Origin: the human T2T-CHM13v2.0 reference genome, Homo sapiens
Reading direction: 5' to 3' (one strand)
DNA length: 64,000 nucleotides
Assembly: GCF_009914755.1 (NCBI RefSeq)
Contig: NC_060928.1
Shown here: piece by piece, positions 1-15,090 of the stretch
Position numbering within the stretch: position 1 is the stretch's first letter
How the letters are laid out: each line of letters opens with the position of its first letter
Made by a program: the position numbers and the translations under genes
Notes under the pieces: model-generated
Told to the model about the DNA's origin: nothing
The model's database searches: none
The model's input: the letters and a program-made list of their open reading frames with translations, nothing else

Positions 1-1064
1 ATAATTGTGAAAACTTCTGATTTGGATATTGCAGAGAATACAAAAATTATTGTGGTTTATTTATTGTCAATAACACATTTACCTAATAATTTATAATTTT
101 TTCCAGTACATCTCTATATATTATCTAATTTAAACTTAAAAGAATTCTCATGAGATAGACAGGAGAGGAATTAATAGCCCCATTCAATAGATTAGGAAGC
201 ATGCTTAAGATCAGAGACTCTTCTACCAGGTGCCCAGGGAAACATAGAGCTGGGCTTCCGATTCGGGCAACTGGGGAGTGTGCTGATGGAGTTCATAATT
301 AGGGAGGATCATATTCAGTTGATGGCAAGCAAGGAACCCTTCCTGGAAGAATTGGTAGTTATTAAATGACATTTATCAGTTGCCTGCTGTGTGCCAAGTA
401 CTTGACAGGCATTCATAGGTAAATGGCACTTCATTCTCTCCTTTCAATTAGCTCACAGTTTATGGGCAAACTAGACAAATATAAAACAGGCTAATACACA
501 GAAAGGCAGATTGCTTTAGAATCACATGCAGGAGCAGCTTGTAATTCAGACCACACAGAGCAGGTAACACCTGAGCAAATGCTATACGTGCTCTTCTCTA
601 AGCAATTGCAAGAAATTGATGGATTTTAAGCAGGAGGGTTATATCTGCCATGAGAGGAAAAAGATTTATTATGAAGGAGGCTTTTTGAGAGGTTATTTCA
701 GCCATCTAGTCAATAGATGTTTAAGGACCATATTAAGGCAATGTCATGAGAGCTGGAGAGCACAGATAGAGAGGTCTAATGGGCAATATTTGGTGACAAT
801 TCATATGCTGAGAATAAAGGAAGAGAAGTCAAGAGTGATTCTAACATTTTTTGGCCTGAAGAGATGGGCTTATTTCAACACATAAGCACTTGTCTTGTGG
901 AATTGATGAATTTTAGACTAAAGGAAAATATGAGCAAAATCCTGGTGCATGATTAATAAATAGTTAATATCAACATTAATTAGAACATTAAGATGTAGGA
1001 AAGTCATGAGAGACTCATAGGGCCAACACTCTTTTCAGCTTATGTTTACTTTAATACTTCCCTG

Positions 1065-1200
1065 TCCCACAATGAGGCAGGTAGGTAATATTTTTATCGT
1101 TTTTTACACATGACTAAGCTCAGACAGACTAGTAGAGTAACTTGCCCAATAAATCCAGATAGAAAATGGCAAAGCCAGGATTCAAACCCAGTTTGTTCTC
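1065..1200 (-). mobile_element. MIR SINE remnant
   Basis: taacttgccc...gccaggattcaaacccag resembles the reverse MIR core. Boundaries are approximate. Confidence 0.6.
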
Positions 1201-2181
1201 ACTTTTAGCCCCTAGAGCTGCTGTTTCTGAGGTCAGAGCCGCCCAAGATTCTTGAAAACAGAATAATAATCTCTCTGTGATATTTAATTGTTTAGATTAA
1301 AGTAATATGTGTTTAGATATTGTAAAACAGTGGCATTTTATGTATTTCTTTTTTCTTTTTTTATTCTAGAAAGCTCACACATGAGTTCATGAAAGAATTG
1401 AATATTTTTAATTAAAAATTATACCAACAGGGAAATAAATACAAAATAATCATGAAAATACATTATTGAAAAATTAATATATATTTACAGTATATATTTT
1501 TATCAGTAAATAAAGGATGACAGCTAGGGTGATGATGAAAGTTTGGAAAATATTTGCATAAGGAGTTGAATTTGACCTTGTTAATAGGGATGAGACCGCT
1601 AAAAGATAGATTTTGAAGAAAAAGAAAAAAAATTGGAAGACAGATCCTTGACTGATGCCTTTATGTGATGTGCTTTAGGAAGACTAATATGACAAGAGTG
1701 TAAATTGAAGGAAGGAGAGAGAAGAGGTGGGTCACATGGCAGAACCAAGGAGAAAGAAAAGGAAAGTGAAGGTGCAAGAGATGCTTAAGAAGTACTGTTA
1801 TGGAAACTTCATATAAGTGGGGAACTTACCTGTTGTGCTTAATACTGTCTTCCCCAAACCTAGAACAGTGCATAGTAGGTTCTTAAAAGTGCTTTGTAAA
1901 TGTGCAATGAAAGAAGTAGAATAAAATTTAAATGGTGATGGATGACATGCATAGGACAAGAAAGGGCAAGAAGGTCATTATTCTGAACTATTGCATATAA
2001 ATGATGGCAATAGTTATCATGCATGAGCAGGAAGGGAAAAATAAACACATAGATATGGTTCATCAGAATAAAATAAAACATTTTTTCATTATTTTTATGG
2101 AATTAGTTGGAAATATATGGTTTTAGAAGTTTCCATATAATGAACTGAGGGACACTGGAAGGTGACAGATTGAAGCTAAGC

Positions 2182-2207
2182 TTTTTTTTTTTTTTTTTTT
2201 TTTTTTT
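2182..2207. repeat. Poly(T)26 tract with no attached Alu
   Basis: 26 consecutive T. Confidence 0.95.
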
Positions 2208-5200
2208 GAGAGAGAACTATTCTCTAGATTTGAACGTTATATTTTATCAAAAATGACTCAGTGTGGAACACCAAAACATAGTAGATAAAATTCCGTTTTT
2301 TTCCTGAATCAGCTCACAATACTCATCCTCTTTGTTGTGCATTTTCTAAACCTAACACTATGCTTGTCACATAGAATATTTACAGTGCATTTTTTGGTAA
2401 ATAAATAGTTTTAGGAGATAACTGGGATAATAGTGAAGGCTTGGGAAATATGTGCATAAAAATTGAATTTGACCTTGTGGAAAGGGGTGAGACCACTAAG
2501 AGGCAGAGTGAAAGAAGATAAGAGAAAACAATTGGAAGACAAATCCTTGGAGAAGGTCTTTTTAATTTAGGATGTAGGAAGAAGATAAGGCAGTGAAAGA
2601 TAATTAGAGCGAGAGGAAAAGTACCAAGATGGTATAATTTTACTTGGCAGCTATGTGGAAAAGAATTAGAAGAGAGCAAGACTAGTAGCAGCGGAAAGGG
2701 AAAGAATTTTAAGAGGCAAATTTTGGTCTAATAAATTCAGAGAAGCTAAGAAAGCTAGATCCAAAGAAGAGATGATTATTTTTAGTTACCAGGAGATCCT
2801 TACTAACAGATGATAGGGAAATTTCAGTACTGAAATCAGGGGCAAACTATGCATGGGGTTAATGTCACAAGTTTAGGAGAGAAGGAGAGAGGCTTTCAGT
2901 GGTTTCCATATTTTGATGTCAGAATTCCTTGGTGATGCAGCTTTTACCAGTTTTTGTTCAAACTGCAAAGAGGTTGTTGCCATTTCTGCTTATGAAGCAG
3001 ACTATGCTGATTCATTGAAGTGAATCTCAACTTATAAATCTAAAATATGTAAAACAAAAAAAACATACTCAGTTCTTCTCCCTTTCTACTCAATAACTAT
3101 GCGAGGCTATTTAGATTTTGTTCAGCATACAGACTGTATCATGTATGCTACATTAGCAGCACCAATGAGCAGAGTGACCTAAGAGAAAAAGATGTGTTGG
3201 ATGCACCATCAGCATTGTTGTTGGCTTATATCATCTGGGCTTGTAATAAAAAGTGAAATAATCAGCAAATTACTTATACCCAGGAGATTATCATTTCTGC
3301 TGTTTGACATAAAGTGTCTTTTAGAAGGACTTGCCCTTTGCTGAGTTTCTCAAAGTTGATATTAAATATTTAATTACAGAACTCAGTGAGAGCATCTTTA
3401 CTTACTCCTTTGCAATCTGGTTTGAATCTCAAAACATAAATGCAATTCTAATATTAATCAGGACTATCATTGAGAAACTTATAATAGTGTCTCACAGTGT
3501 TATTGTGAAGGTCATGAAGCTGGAGGTGAAAATGAGGATTCATGTTTCTTTCTTTGCCTCCAGATGTGACTATATAGGGTGTTGGTATTGTATAACTCAT
3601 TTTAGAAAGTTGTCTTTGGATTGATTTTCAGAGTTTATGACACGTTATTTCTGATAGTCTCGGTGGTAGTAAACCTTCCTTCATTACAGGATGGATCAAA
3701 GTTAAGGAAATGGCTTTAAATTTTGGAGGCATCATTGGGGAATAAGGTAAAGATGAAAATGAATAATTTCCCTTCTAATGAAGTAAAGAGTAATTCCAAA
3801 GTACTGCAGCTAATATTCTTGTGAAAGGTGTCAGTAGGTTATGCTGCCTATGCTAAATTGGGGCAAGCATCAATATTTAAATACGAACAGTCTTGGATAT
3901 TTGGGGATAACATGTTAGAAGCATAGTGCTAAGTTTTTCATCTTCAGATGGTTACCACAAACGGGGCAAGCAAAGTACCTTAGTTTAGGTAAGCATTCTG
4001 ATGGATTTGATTGATTCCTGGCTGTAAATCTCAGTGGCATTCTTATCCTGCTTGGGGACAGAGACAGTGACTGTCCTAAGGTACAGAGAGGGAAATGAGC
4101 ACTGTTGGCCGAATGGCTGTTAACTGTATGCATAGTCAGGGGACATAAGAAAGAAATATCCAGAAAAATAGAGGATATATGCAAATGGACACTTGAGTAA
4201 GTGCAATGAAGAAATAAAGGATAAGAAGAGAGGGTTGAGGGAGACCAAAGAGAGTCAGGAGAGAAGAGCTATTGTTGTAAAAATAGGTTCACTGGAGAAT
4301 TAGCTGAAGTGCATGGGGAAAAATAAATTGTCTTCTGAGTTAGGTGGATCATTCCTTATGAAGTTGTGTGCAGCTTGTGCCTGTTGTTGGGTCAAAGCCA
4401 GTGTTTCCAGATGGCCGCAATAACCAGGAGGTCCCTTGACAACTCACTCCAGGGCCTAAAACAAATCGAAAATGAAAGGTATGGCTCCTTATTAAGCTTG
4501 TCTGTGTATTCAAACAGTGGCATTCTTTATCAGGCATCCTGCTGATGCTGTGGCTGCTGTTTTCATCACAGAAGCTATTTCACTTAAGATGAGAAGAGGT
4601 CTCATTAATAAATCATATTGCATGATATTCCTATAGTACCTAGATGACATGCCCACACTTTGCAGGGAAATGGAATTAAATAGACCCAGAGAGAATTTTA
4701 TAGCAAGTCTTTCTTTTATGTGTCATTTGGAATCATCAATTGCTGAACAAATTTAAGATTTAAGATATACCTGTCAGTACACATACACTTATGTATAAAA
4801 TAAGAAATCACTGCAGAGTTTTCCTAGGTGAGATGAAAGCTATTTTTCATGTATGTGAAGAAAGGACATAGTTATCAAATACACTAAAGGTTATTTTCAA
4901 CTCTGTACCCAGACAAGAACAAAAAGTATGGGCATGAATAAAAGACAGTTATTTCATCTTTGCCTTATGTTAAGGTGTGAAATAAATGTAATGAAATGCA
5001 TTCAGTTGCTTTTTGAGATATTTCAGTCTGCTTTGTAGAAGATTGGTAATAAAGGATGTGTAAATTTACATATTACACAGGTTTTCGGCAAATAAGGGCC
5101 ACTTAAAGAGGCAATCTTGCTTTCCTTTGGATTCATACCGTACAACAGTTACTAAACAGTATTGCCTAATATTTTTTGATTGTCTAGAATTGGCAATTAG

Positions 5201-5461
5201 AATCTGTACATATTTTAGCAATGCTCGTATTCATGAAACAAATCTATTTTTTCTACAGACCATCTATTTTTGTGAAGTAAATACAATGATATAAGATAGG
5301 GTTTGTTTTATCCTTCAAAAAGGATTATTTTAAAAGGATGGTAGATGTTATGTTCTAGGTTGTTAGATTGTGTTTCTGGATGACTGGTTTCCAGTTTTTG
5401 GATTGAAATGACCCCGAGATTGAGAAATATCAGCTATTTATCTATTTAAAGCCACATATTT

Positions 5462-5813
<352 letters not shown>

Positions 5814-6016
5814 TCAGTGCTCTGTAGAGCATTACAGGGGATCAGTCTTGGACAAAGTAACCCTTTTTCTCGAAAAGATATTACTGGATTTATGTTTCAA
5901 AATATTATTCTTATTATATTGTGGAGAATTGAATGGAAGGAATGTAAGTGGAGGAAGGAGGACAGTTGGGTAGATATTTCACTAGTTGGGTAAGATAAGC
6001 CATATTACTTTTTAAT

Positions 6017-6240
6017 TAAGAGCATGGATTCTGAATCCAGACTTTCTATTTTGAATGTAGCATCTATCTCCTATGCAAGTGTCTTTGGTAGTTCACTTAA
6101 TATTATTCTATGTGTCAATCTTTCTATCAGTAAGTTGGAAATAATTATAGTTCCTACCTCAAAAGTTATCATGAGAAAAAAATGAATTAATGTACCCTAG
6201 AACATGCCAGGCACAGGGCAAGCACAATGTTAAGTATATA
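6017..6240 (+). mobile_element. MIR SINE remnant
   Basis: taagagcatggattctgaatccagac...aataattatagttcctacctc...gccaggcacag follows the MIR consensus. Boundaries are approximate. Confidence 0.6.
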
Positions 6241-7089
6241 CTGTCAGTGAACTAGGATGTTTGGAATGGGGAGAAAAATAAGTGGCCCTTATTTGAGTAT
6301 ATCGAGGTATTATAATGAGCACATAACTTAGTTATGGACTGACTTTTGGGGGAAGGAGTGAAAGCAGATAGTGTCATATGCCATTCACTGGAAATAGAAA
6401 TATTGGAAGAGGATGGGGGATTGTGGGAGTGATGAGGATGTGCAAATACAATACTATATTATTATTTGTTTAAGAATTAATATGTAGTGTAACATATAGG
6501 GTAAGTTAGGTCCATGGGGAAGATTAAAATGCAAAGTTTTGGACTTTATTTAATTGCTTCTCGACTGAGTGACACAATATGACAGAAGTAGCTTTGTGGG
6601 GACATGCGTCTGTATTTATCGGGGAGTCTGGTATCTATCTTGTCTTAAAGAGGTTTTGGTCAGCATTTGGAGTCTATGGAAGCACATTAACTTTTAGATG
6701 TAAAAGCATCATAAATACAGTAAAGATTTTTAAAGGAATTGGATTATGTAGGGAATGAGCTGTCATTAATGTGTATAAATCTTAGGAGACTACAGTTTGT
6801 TCTTATAGCTAATTTTTTTTACCCATACATTTTTCATATTTGTTCCTAAAATATGTTAATACTTACATAGCTTGTTAAACAATGATGTTTGCATTTTCTT
6901 GTAACCAGAACTACTTTTTATGCTTTAGAATCTTTTAGATCCCACAAATAGAATGCTAAGTAAATAAGTGTTAATAAATTACAATGGATCATTAAATCTA
7001 TATTTCTTTCAATATGTTAATTTTGTATTTTATGTAAAAGGACATTACGTTTTAAGCAAATTCATATGATTGTGTGCCAATTTCAATGA

Positions 7090-7365
<276 letters not shown>

Positions 7366-8859
7366 TGACAGTATCTCATCTCTTTGTAATGGGGCGAATT
7401 CAATGCCTACACTTGACACTTCTATGGATGTTATAAAGCTACAAAGGTGTGATAAAGCCCAAGGATCCCTTGGTTTAATTTTGCTGTGATAATGACTAAT
7501 GCAATTTAAAACCTGGGAAACATATTTAGAGTAAAACAACAACAACAACTACAAAAGCTGTCTGTGTACAACTTAGAGAGATAGACTGTATCAACCCAAT
7601 GACCAAATATTCAGTTGTAATATAAAAAGCAATTTTTTGCATCAGCAGCTAAAAGTCTATGACAGCTATACTACTAGTCCAAGGTGAATGAAGTGGCTTG
7701 AGTACATTTAAGTGAAACAGACAGTAACATACAGTTATTAAATATTGTTATATGCAAAAGTTTTATCAGGCAGGTAGCATTATTATTGCCCTTGCCTTAA
7801 AACAAGATTCCCGAATCTCAGAGAAGTTAAAGGTTTTTCTCAGGATCAACCCACGTATGGTACAGCTTACACACAGGTCTCTGATACCAAACCTATGCTT
7901 TTGACACCATTCCACATAATTGTTTATAATGGGATGATTTTGAATAGCATGCCAGTCTTGATTCATTATGTTAAAATGTAATGGAGGGAGGTACAACCTG
8001 TATGTTTCTCATATCCCTTGTTGTGAAGTTTAGTATTAGCAGACTTGCTTGATTTATGTCATAGAATCCCAGGTGTTTTTAACCATTCCCAGGTCCGTAA
8101 TTGGGTGTCAGTGGGTTTGTGTACTCCCTAAATTGTATGAAACATCTTGTGTGTGTGTGTTCATATGGATATGTTTTTAGAGAGAGTATCCGTAAATCAA
8201 AGTCAAAGCGGTGAGGGACAACGATTGTCCTAGTACCTAAGTACCATACTGTGCTTCCCTCAGCAGCTTGCTTCCTGGAATATTTGTAGGTTCAAATGAA
8301 AACCCAGAAGCCTATTTCGACCAAGATAGGGCACCTTGTTAACCCACAAGGGCAGACAAGAAGAGAGCCAGCCGTCAGTCAATTCTCCATTGATCAGTTT
8401 GTAGTCATTTACTGCAGCAAGCTCGAGTCAGGAGTGCAGGAGCTAGGTGTCTGATTCTCTGCCCTGTCCTCCTAATCCTGGGAATGAGAACACTCAGTGG
8501 AAAAGCCAGTCAGCACTATACAAGCTGAAAAAAAATTTGCTGTGTCAACAACTATGTCCCCCTGCTTTGAGAAGGGAGTGCTTTGCTATTCCCATAGGGA
8601 ATTAAAAACTAAAACCGAGAATCATTTACAGTAAATACAGATTTCAATGTGCTGGATGTTTCCGACGCACACTTATTAATGTGATAAAAGGGCTTATAAA
8701 ACTGAGCTTATTAAATAATTTTTAGTTTTTCCTCTTGTTCTCTGCTAACTTCTTTAGTATTTTGTGTTGTTCAAGCTAGCCTGAAATATGGGTGTATTCT
8801 TAATACCTCTTTCATCCTTGCATCCTATTGATGTGATTTCCACTGCCTAATTATATGTC

Positions 8860-9600
8860 TGTAGACACTCATCCTTGTCGTTGCCATTACCCCAGGCCAA
8901 GCCACCATAATGTGTTCAGTCCCTCATCTCTCCAGTTCCACCCTTGTCTTTTTTTAATCCATTTTCTATGAAGTAGCAGGAATTACTGTTAAAAAATTTT
9001 TTTTGGACTGCATTACTCTCTTGTTTAAAATACTTCAATAGCTTCTCATTATGATGAGGATAACATTGAAAAATTTTAGTTGGCTTTAAGGTCTTATAAT
9101 ATCCAATTCCCACTCAACTCTCCATTGCATTCTGCTGTCTTGCTCACTCATTAAAGGTAAATCCATTTGACCTTCTTTCACTTTCTCAGATGCACCAAAC
9201 TCTTTCACTTCAAATCTCTGCCTGTATCACTAATTCTTACTCCTCCTTGAGAACTGGGTTCATATATCATTTCCTCAGAGATGCCTTTCACACTGTTATC
9301 TTTCAAAGCAATCTCTTTTCCTTTATAGTACTTAGGACAATTTATAATGAATGGGTGATGTTCATTCTGTCACTTAAGAATTGCCTATTGAGCCCCTGCT
9401 ATGTTCCAGGGACTGTCTTAGTGTCATAGGATAAGCATTATGTTTTTCATGTAAGGTGTGGCAATAAGCTCCAGGAAAAGAGTGCCCAGGCAGTGCTCAG
9501 TGTACTAGATATTCAGCTCATGACTCTGTACCCAGTGCTTCAGATAATGCTAGAAAGAGAGTTAATGTTCAGTAAATGGTGTTAATAAGTAAATGAGTTA
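8860..9600 (+). mobile_element. L2 LINE 3' remnant(s)
   Basis: L2-like blocks (ccaagccaccat, aaaatacttcaatagcttctcatt, cccagtgct...cagtaaatggtgtt). Highly diverged, boundaries approximate. Confidence 0.55.
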
Positions 9601-12600
9601 AACATATGTGTACAGTATTTTAAGTTCAAGGTGATTTTATAAGCTAAATTTTGCTTGCAAAATTGAAGAATTGAATGACTAATTCTCTTTACACTTTGAT
9701 AAGGTTGACTGAGGATGGCATTTTTAGTTTAAGAATACACTTCGCCTTCATCCTTACCCTCACCATTGCTCCCTCTAGTTAAAACTGAACTTTTGAGAAA
9801 AATTCAAAAAGACAACAGCTGATACAAGTTTAAAAAAAGAGAAACTCTAGTGTGTGAGGAGAGATACTCAAAAGACAGGCTCTGGAATTAGCCTGTGAAG
9901 ATGGATGGACTTACGTACTTGTGAAAAAAATCTGGAACATTTTAAAATACTTTTATTAATACTTAGAAATATTAAATGAAATTGAAGTGATGAGATAATC
10001 TACAATTATTAAATTATACAAGTTGATTTGAGTTCAAGTGCATCTGTTGAGATAAAAATGTTAGAGTGATAATATTAAGTAATAATATATTAAAGCCAAA
10101 ATGACCTTATGGATATATTTTCAAGGTGTTATCAAGTAGCTATTGATGTTTTAATGTGAAAAATATTTCAGTGGCCTTCTATCTGAAGTTATTTTCAGAC
10201 ATAAATATGTAAGACTCTCATAATACTGGCAAAAGACTTGACCTTTGTGTAATATTTTACTTGGCTCATGGAAATGGAATTTTTGCTATTTGTTTTTTTC
10301 TTATTAATGACTTAATTTTTATGGCTTTGCCATCATGCTACATTTTAACGAGTTTATTCATACATTTAGTGTGTGAACTGTTTTCCCCCATTTGGTCCGA
10401 AATCATTTTGCTTATGCTTCAAAGTAGGCACCTCCTTGCTTTAGTGTCACATGATTTGAAGAATGCACCTGTGTTCCCTTTGTCCACATTAACCACAGTC
10501 TGGAAAATAGATCCCATGGTTTCATCACTCTACTTAGATCTCTACATGCCTCAGTTTCAAACAATTTGGTCTGTTCTTGATGGGCTGTCTCTTCACCTCC
10601 TTGATTATGTGATTATTTTTAGGCTCTAATCATCCTCACTTTTTAGAGAGTCTAGGTCAGGAATATATATTGGTTAATTATAATGTCTAAATTACTGTTC
10701 TTTGGAATAGCATAGGGTCCAAATGTGAAAATGATCTCCCAACATTCTGCCCTAATCATGAACTAGATGAAAATGACTTGAAATTGTTATATGCTGCTTA
10801 GTTTCACTACCTTTAGCTAGTGAAAGCCATTCCTGCTTCCTGGCTATCTGCCACAATGCTGAGCAACAGGCCAAGAGACTATATACCACTTTTAAACAAT
10901 TAGAGACATGGATGCATGGATAGAAACATCTTTGTATAGCAGCATCTTTGTATGGAACCCTCTTTGACTAATCTAAGTTTACTGGTGAGAGGAGAGCTGA
11001 AACTCTGCATCTGGTGCCAGGTGATCTTTTAGGTTGCTGGTGTCTTCTCCTTACCCAGGCCATGTGGCAACAGCCTGACACTCCTTGATGACCCTGAAAA
11101 CTGCATATCATCACTCCATAAAGAGAAATTCAACACATTTTTAACAATAGAGCAATGGGGTTATCTATGTTAATGCATTCAACATTATATAATAGTTTTA
11201 TTTTTGGATATATATGTTGTAAGTTTGAATCAGGACTTAATCCAAATGTGGTTTTTATTTATTGGTTTAGTGTCAACAAGGTAAGATAATACATTTCTAC
11301 AGAGAGTAGGTAAAAACAGAATTAGCACTTTATATCTGTATATCTTGGTTTCAATATCGAGCAATATTATTTGTCCTCTGAAGGGAAGGCACTTTGCCTG
11401 CAGTTCCAAGAAAACATCATGCATAGAACAAAAATGCTTTCAAATTATAATTTTTTCCCTCATATTCCTGAGAGAGCTGATGAGGGAAATATATGTTAAT
11501 CTAATTTGGCCTAGGCATGCTGCCATGATTTAGTGATCATAAATATTAATTTATATGCTTGAAAGAATAAGTACAGTTAATTTTAAATGGAGCAAAGAAA
11601 ATATTTTTAAGCAGTAAGACATGGTTTGAATAAAATGTATATTTTGGCAGTAATCATTTTTAATTTAACCCTTTAACGTGCAAACTGACAGACTTCCCCT
11701 GTGTACCGGGTGACCTTTTAAAGGGTTTGCATACAGACAGGTGGCTGATGGCTTGTCTATAACTCAGAGTGTTATTAATACTGGGTCAAGATGAGACTAT
11801 CACTGACTGACTAGTAGTAATACTTTGGGAGAATTTTAGGAAGATTGTCATTTTATGAATAGGTTATACAACTACAACCAGTCAGTAACAATAGGCACAT
11901 GAAGAAGTAATGCAATTTAACATTATGTAATCTAGCCATTTTTTATTTTAGCAAAACATCTAAGAATTCAGTAGAGTTTAGAACTTACTTTTAGACTGTA
12001 GCAATATTCTTGAGGGTTTAAAAGAACATACTATATTTTAAATATATTTACCAGGAGGAATAATCTTCCAGATTTCTTCTGTTTTTAGATGATCAACTAT
12101 GTATCTCAACAGTTTTGTTTTAAGTAATTCAATAAAAATAAGTGAGTCTCTGCTATAGAAATTCAAATATCCTAATGTAGTACTATGGATATTAGAGTTG
12201 AATAACTATTGCATACTAATAGCTTTAAATGAACCAGTGTTTATGCAGAACTCCCATTGTCTATACAACTTTGTATTCTGAATTACAGGATGAATATATT
12301 TATAGATACTTCTGTGCTAGTTTGTGTGGAAGGAATAGAGGCAGATCTCAAGTCATACTTTCTCCTGTAATTGAATACGGTACAAAGAGGTCAAGAGCAC
12401 AAATCTGTGTTATGTTTGAAGAGTTTAATTTCACTTTCATATACATTTTCAGTGATTTTCAAATTTAAAAATGGTATATTGATTATAAAGAAATCAGACA
12501 ATATAAAACTTTTAGTTGTGAGGAATGAGGTGAGGAGATCAAATTGAGAGAGAGTTTGAGAGTCAGTTACTATTACTGAAAAAAAACCACCTAGGGAAAT

Positions 12601-12848
12601 GGGTTATTAAGCATTGAATGGTGGTCTCTTCAAATTACACGTCAGATAATGCAATCACTTGTGAATTACTTCTGCCTGTTGTTAGGAGATAATTTAATAT
12701 TATTCAGTGTCTTCTGATGAAACTGAATTTATTAAGTCTGATACAGCACTACTTGAGCAGTTTAGTTTCTTAATAATATGTAAGTTTTGTTAGGTTCCAT
12801 AGGTTACAAAATATTAATCTTGAGAGTTTTAATAACAGTGAATCCTGA

Positions 12849-13180
<332 letters not shown>

Positions 13181-13984
13181 CAAGTTAGGCATTTCTTTAA
13201 ATGCATTCTTTTTGATTTTATACATCATCTCTATATTCTTTTGCAAGGTGAACTGCCGGAAATTTTAGATTTAGGATTTCCACTTGGTGAAATCCATTTA
13301 CAAAGTGTCATTTATATTTAAACTTTCTTATAATATATGTCAAAAGTTGAGACATAATATTAAGAGCATTACCACTTGAAATTGTATTATATAGTATGCT
13401 TTATAATTAAATAAACAAAATGAAATAAGCTATTTCAGAGAATAAGGATGCTTACTGGTAATTTCTATATGGTAATATATGAATAGCACAGAGACCCCCA
13501 TCCATGGATATAATGTCTTTAAGAAGGTGACAAGGGGGAGTTGAACCATGACTGTGATGTAGGAAAGTAGAACCCAGCAAATGGAAAGTGGCTTAGAATT
13601 TAGATTTCTTTTTCTCTTACTTGCAGAGAAAAGTGGGTAGACTTAATGGCTGTTTTCAAGTACATTGATAGCTGTCGAATTGATCATAATGACCAGCTGT
13701 GCGTGTTCTGTCTCTGCAGATGAAAAGGGAAGGATTTAACTGACCTATAGTGTATGGAAATCATAGGCGATCTGTGATGTGTTTTAAAGATCTGTCACTG
13801 AAAGTTTCAAAAAATGACATATGGTCTTTTTACATTATCCCTTGAGAAATTTAGGTTTATTTATATCTTTTGCCAGAAGACTGGACAGAGGAAACTAATT
13901 TCATTTTGCCAGAAAAAAAGTTAACTTTTTTCAGCATGTGGTTCAATCTTCCATTCTGAAATAAAAATAAATTATTTTTAATGT

Positions 13985-15090
13985 TTATGTTAAAATATTT
14001 TAAATAACAAATTAGAATGCTATAAAGATTCCCAAACACTCTTAACATGGCTTTATTAAAGACTAGTATATGAGCAATTTTGCTTGATCTATATCTCTTT
14101 TTTTCCCTGCAATTATTTAGAAACAAATACCAGACATCCTGCCATCTCATCTGTAAATATTTCAGTGTTTATTTGGAAAAAATGATTTTTATATTTTAAA
14201 TATAATGGTAATAGTATTATTATACCTAGACAATTAACAATTCATAAATATTATTCTTTTTTCCACTGTTTGAAGCAAAATAAAAATGAGATCCATATAT
14301 CGCAATTAGTTAACATAATTTTTAAGACTCTTAGAATGTAATGCAGTTTCCCACAGTCTAGATTTTGATGATTGCAACACTATGGTGCTTAAAATATTTT
14401 CTTCTATATATGCCCTATAACTTGGTAGTTAGATTTAGAAGTGTGATGAAATTCAAGTTTACATTATTGGCATGAATGTAGCCAACACTAAATAGGTATA
14501 TACCTATTCAACACCAAAATAGGTGGGTTGAATATTATCATTTGGAGACATATCTCTGTTATCTCTCTTTTTGGGTAGTTACCAGTAGTTGATGTTTGTT
14601 GTCTTGATTCATTAATTCCGTAGGTGTTACAAGATGGTGATAATTTCAAATATATATTCATCCATCATCTATTAGCTAGAGTATTTCCAAAAATAAATAT
14701 CTTTAGTTCATTATTACCCTGAAAGTGGTTCATATAGGAAATGCAGGAAAATGCTTGTTTTATTTCATTATTTACCAGTCTTCAAATTAATTAATTGGTT
14801 CCCTAGCATCTACCAAAGTCAAGCACGTTTTTAAAACATAATTTCATAGATTTAAAACAGTTTATGTATTTAAGTATTTCGCATTTATTATTCTAATTAA
14901 TATTCAAATGTTCCCATCTTTATTTAAAGAGCTCCTCTTCAAATTAGCTCCTGTGTGCTTTGAGGTAATGCTGATGGTTTTAGAGAGTTCCTTCCCTTCT
15001 GGTGTCATAAGATGTTTTAGACTCATCTTGTACACTTTTTGGCCAATATTGAATCCATAAAATTTTTAATGGTGGTTTTTCTTTTTTGAA
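13985..15090 (-). mobile_element. Old L1 (L1M-class, probably L1MC/ME) 3' UTR remnant
   Basis: ccagacatcctgccatctcatctgtaaatatttcagtg and downstream blocks resemble L1M 3' UTR consensus as recalled. Boundaries approximate. Confidence 0.5.

Noticed and set aside
10261-10629. Isolated intronic ORFs of 100-120 aa (also 46195-46536, 50683-51027, 60015-60350)
   Set aside because: No recognisable domains or splice context. Lengths are within chance expectation for six frames of 64 kb.
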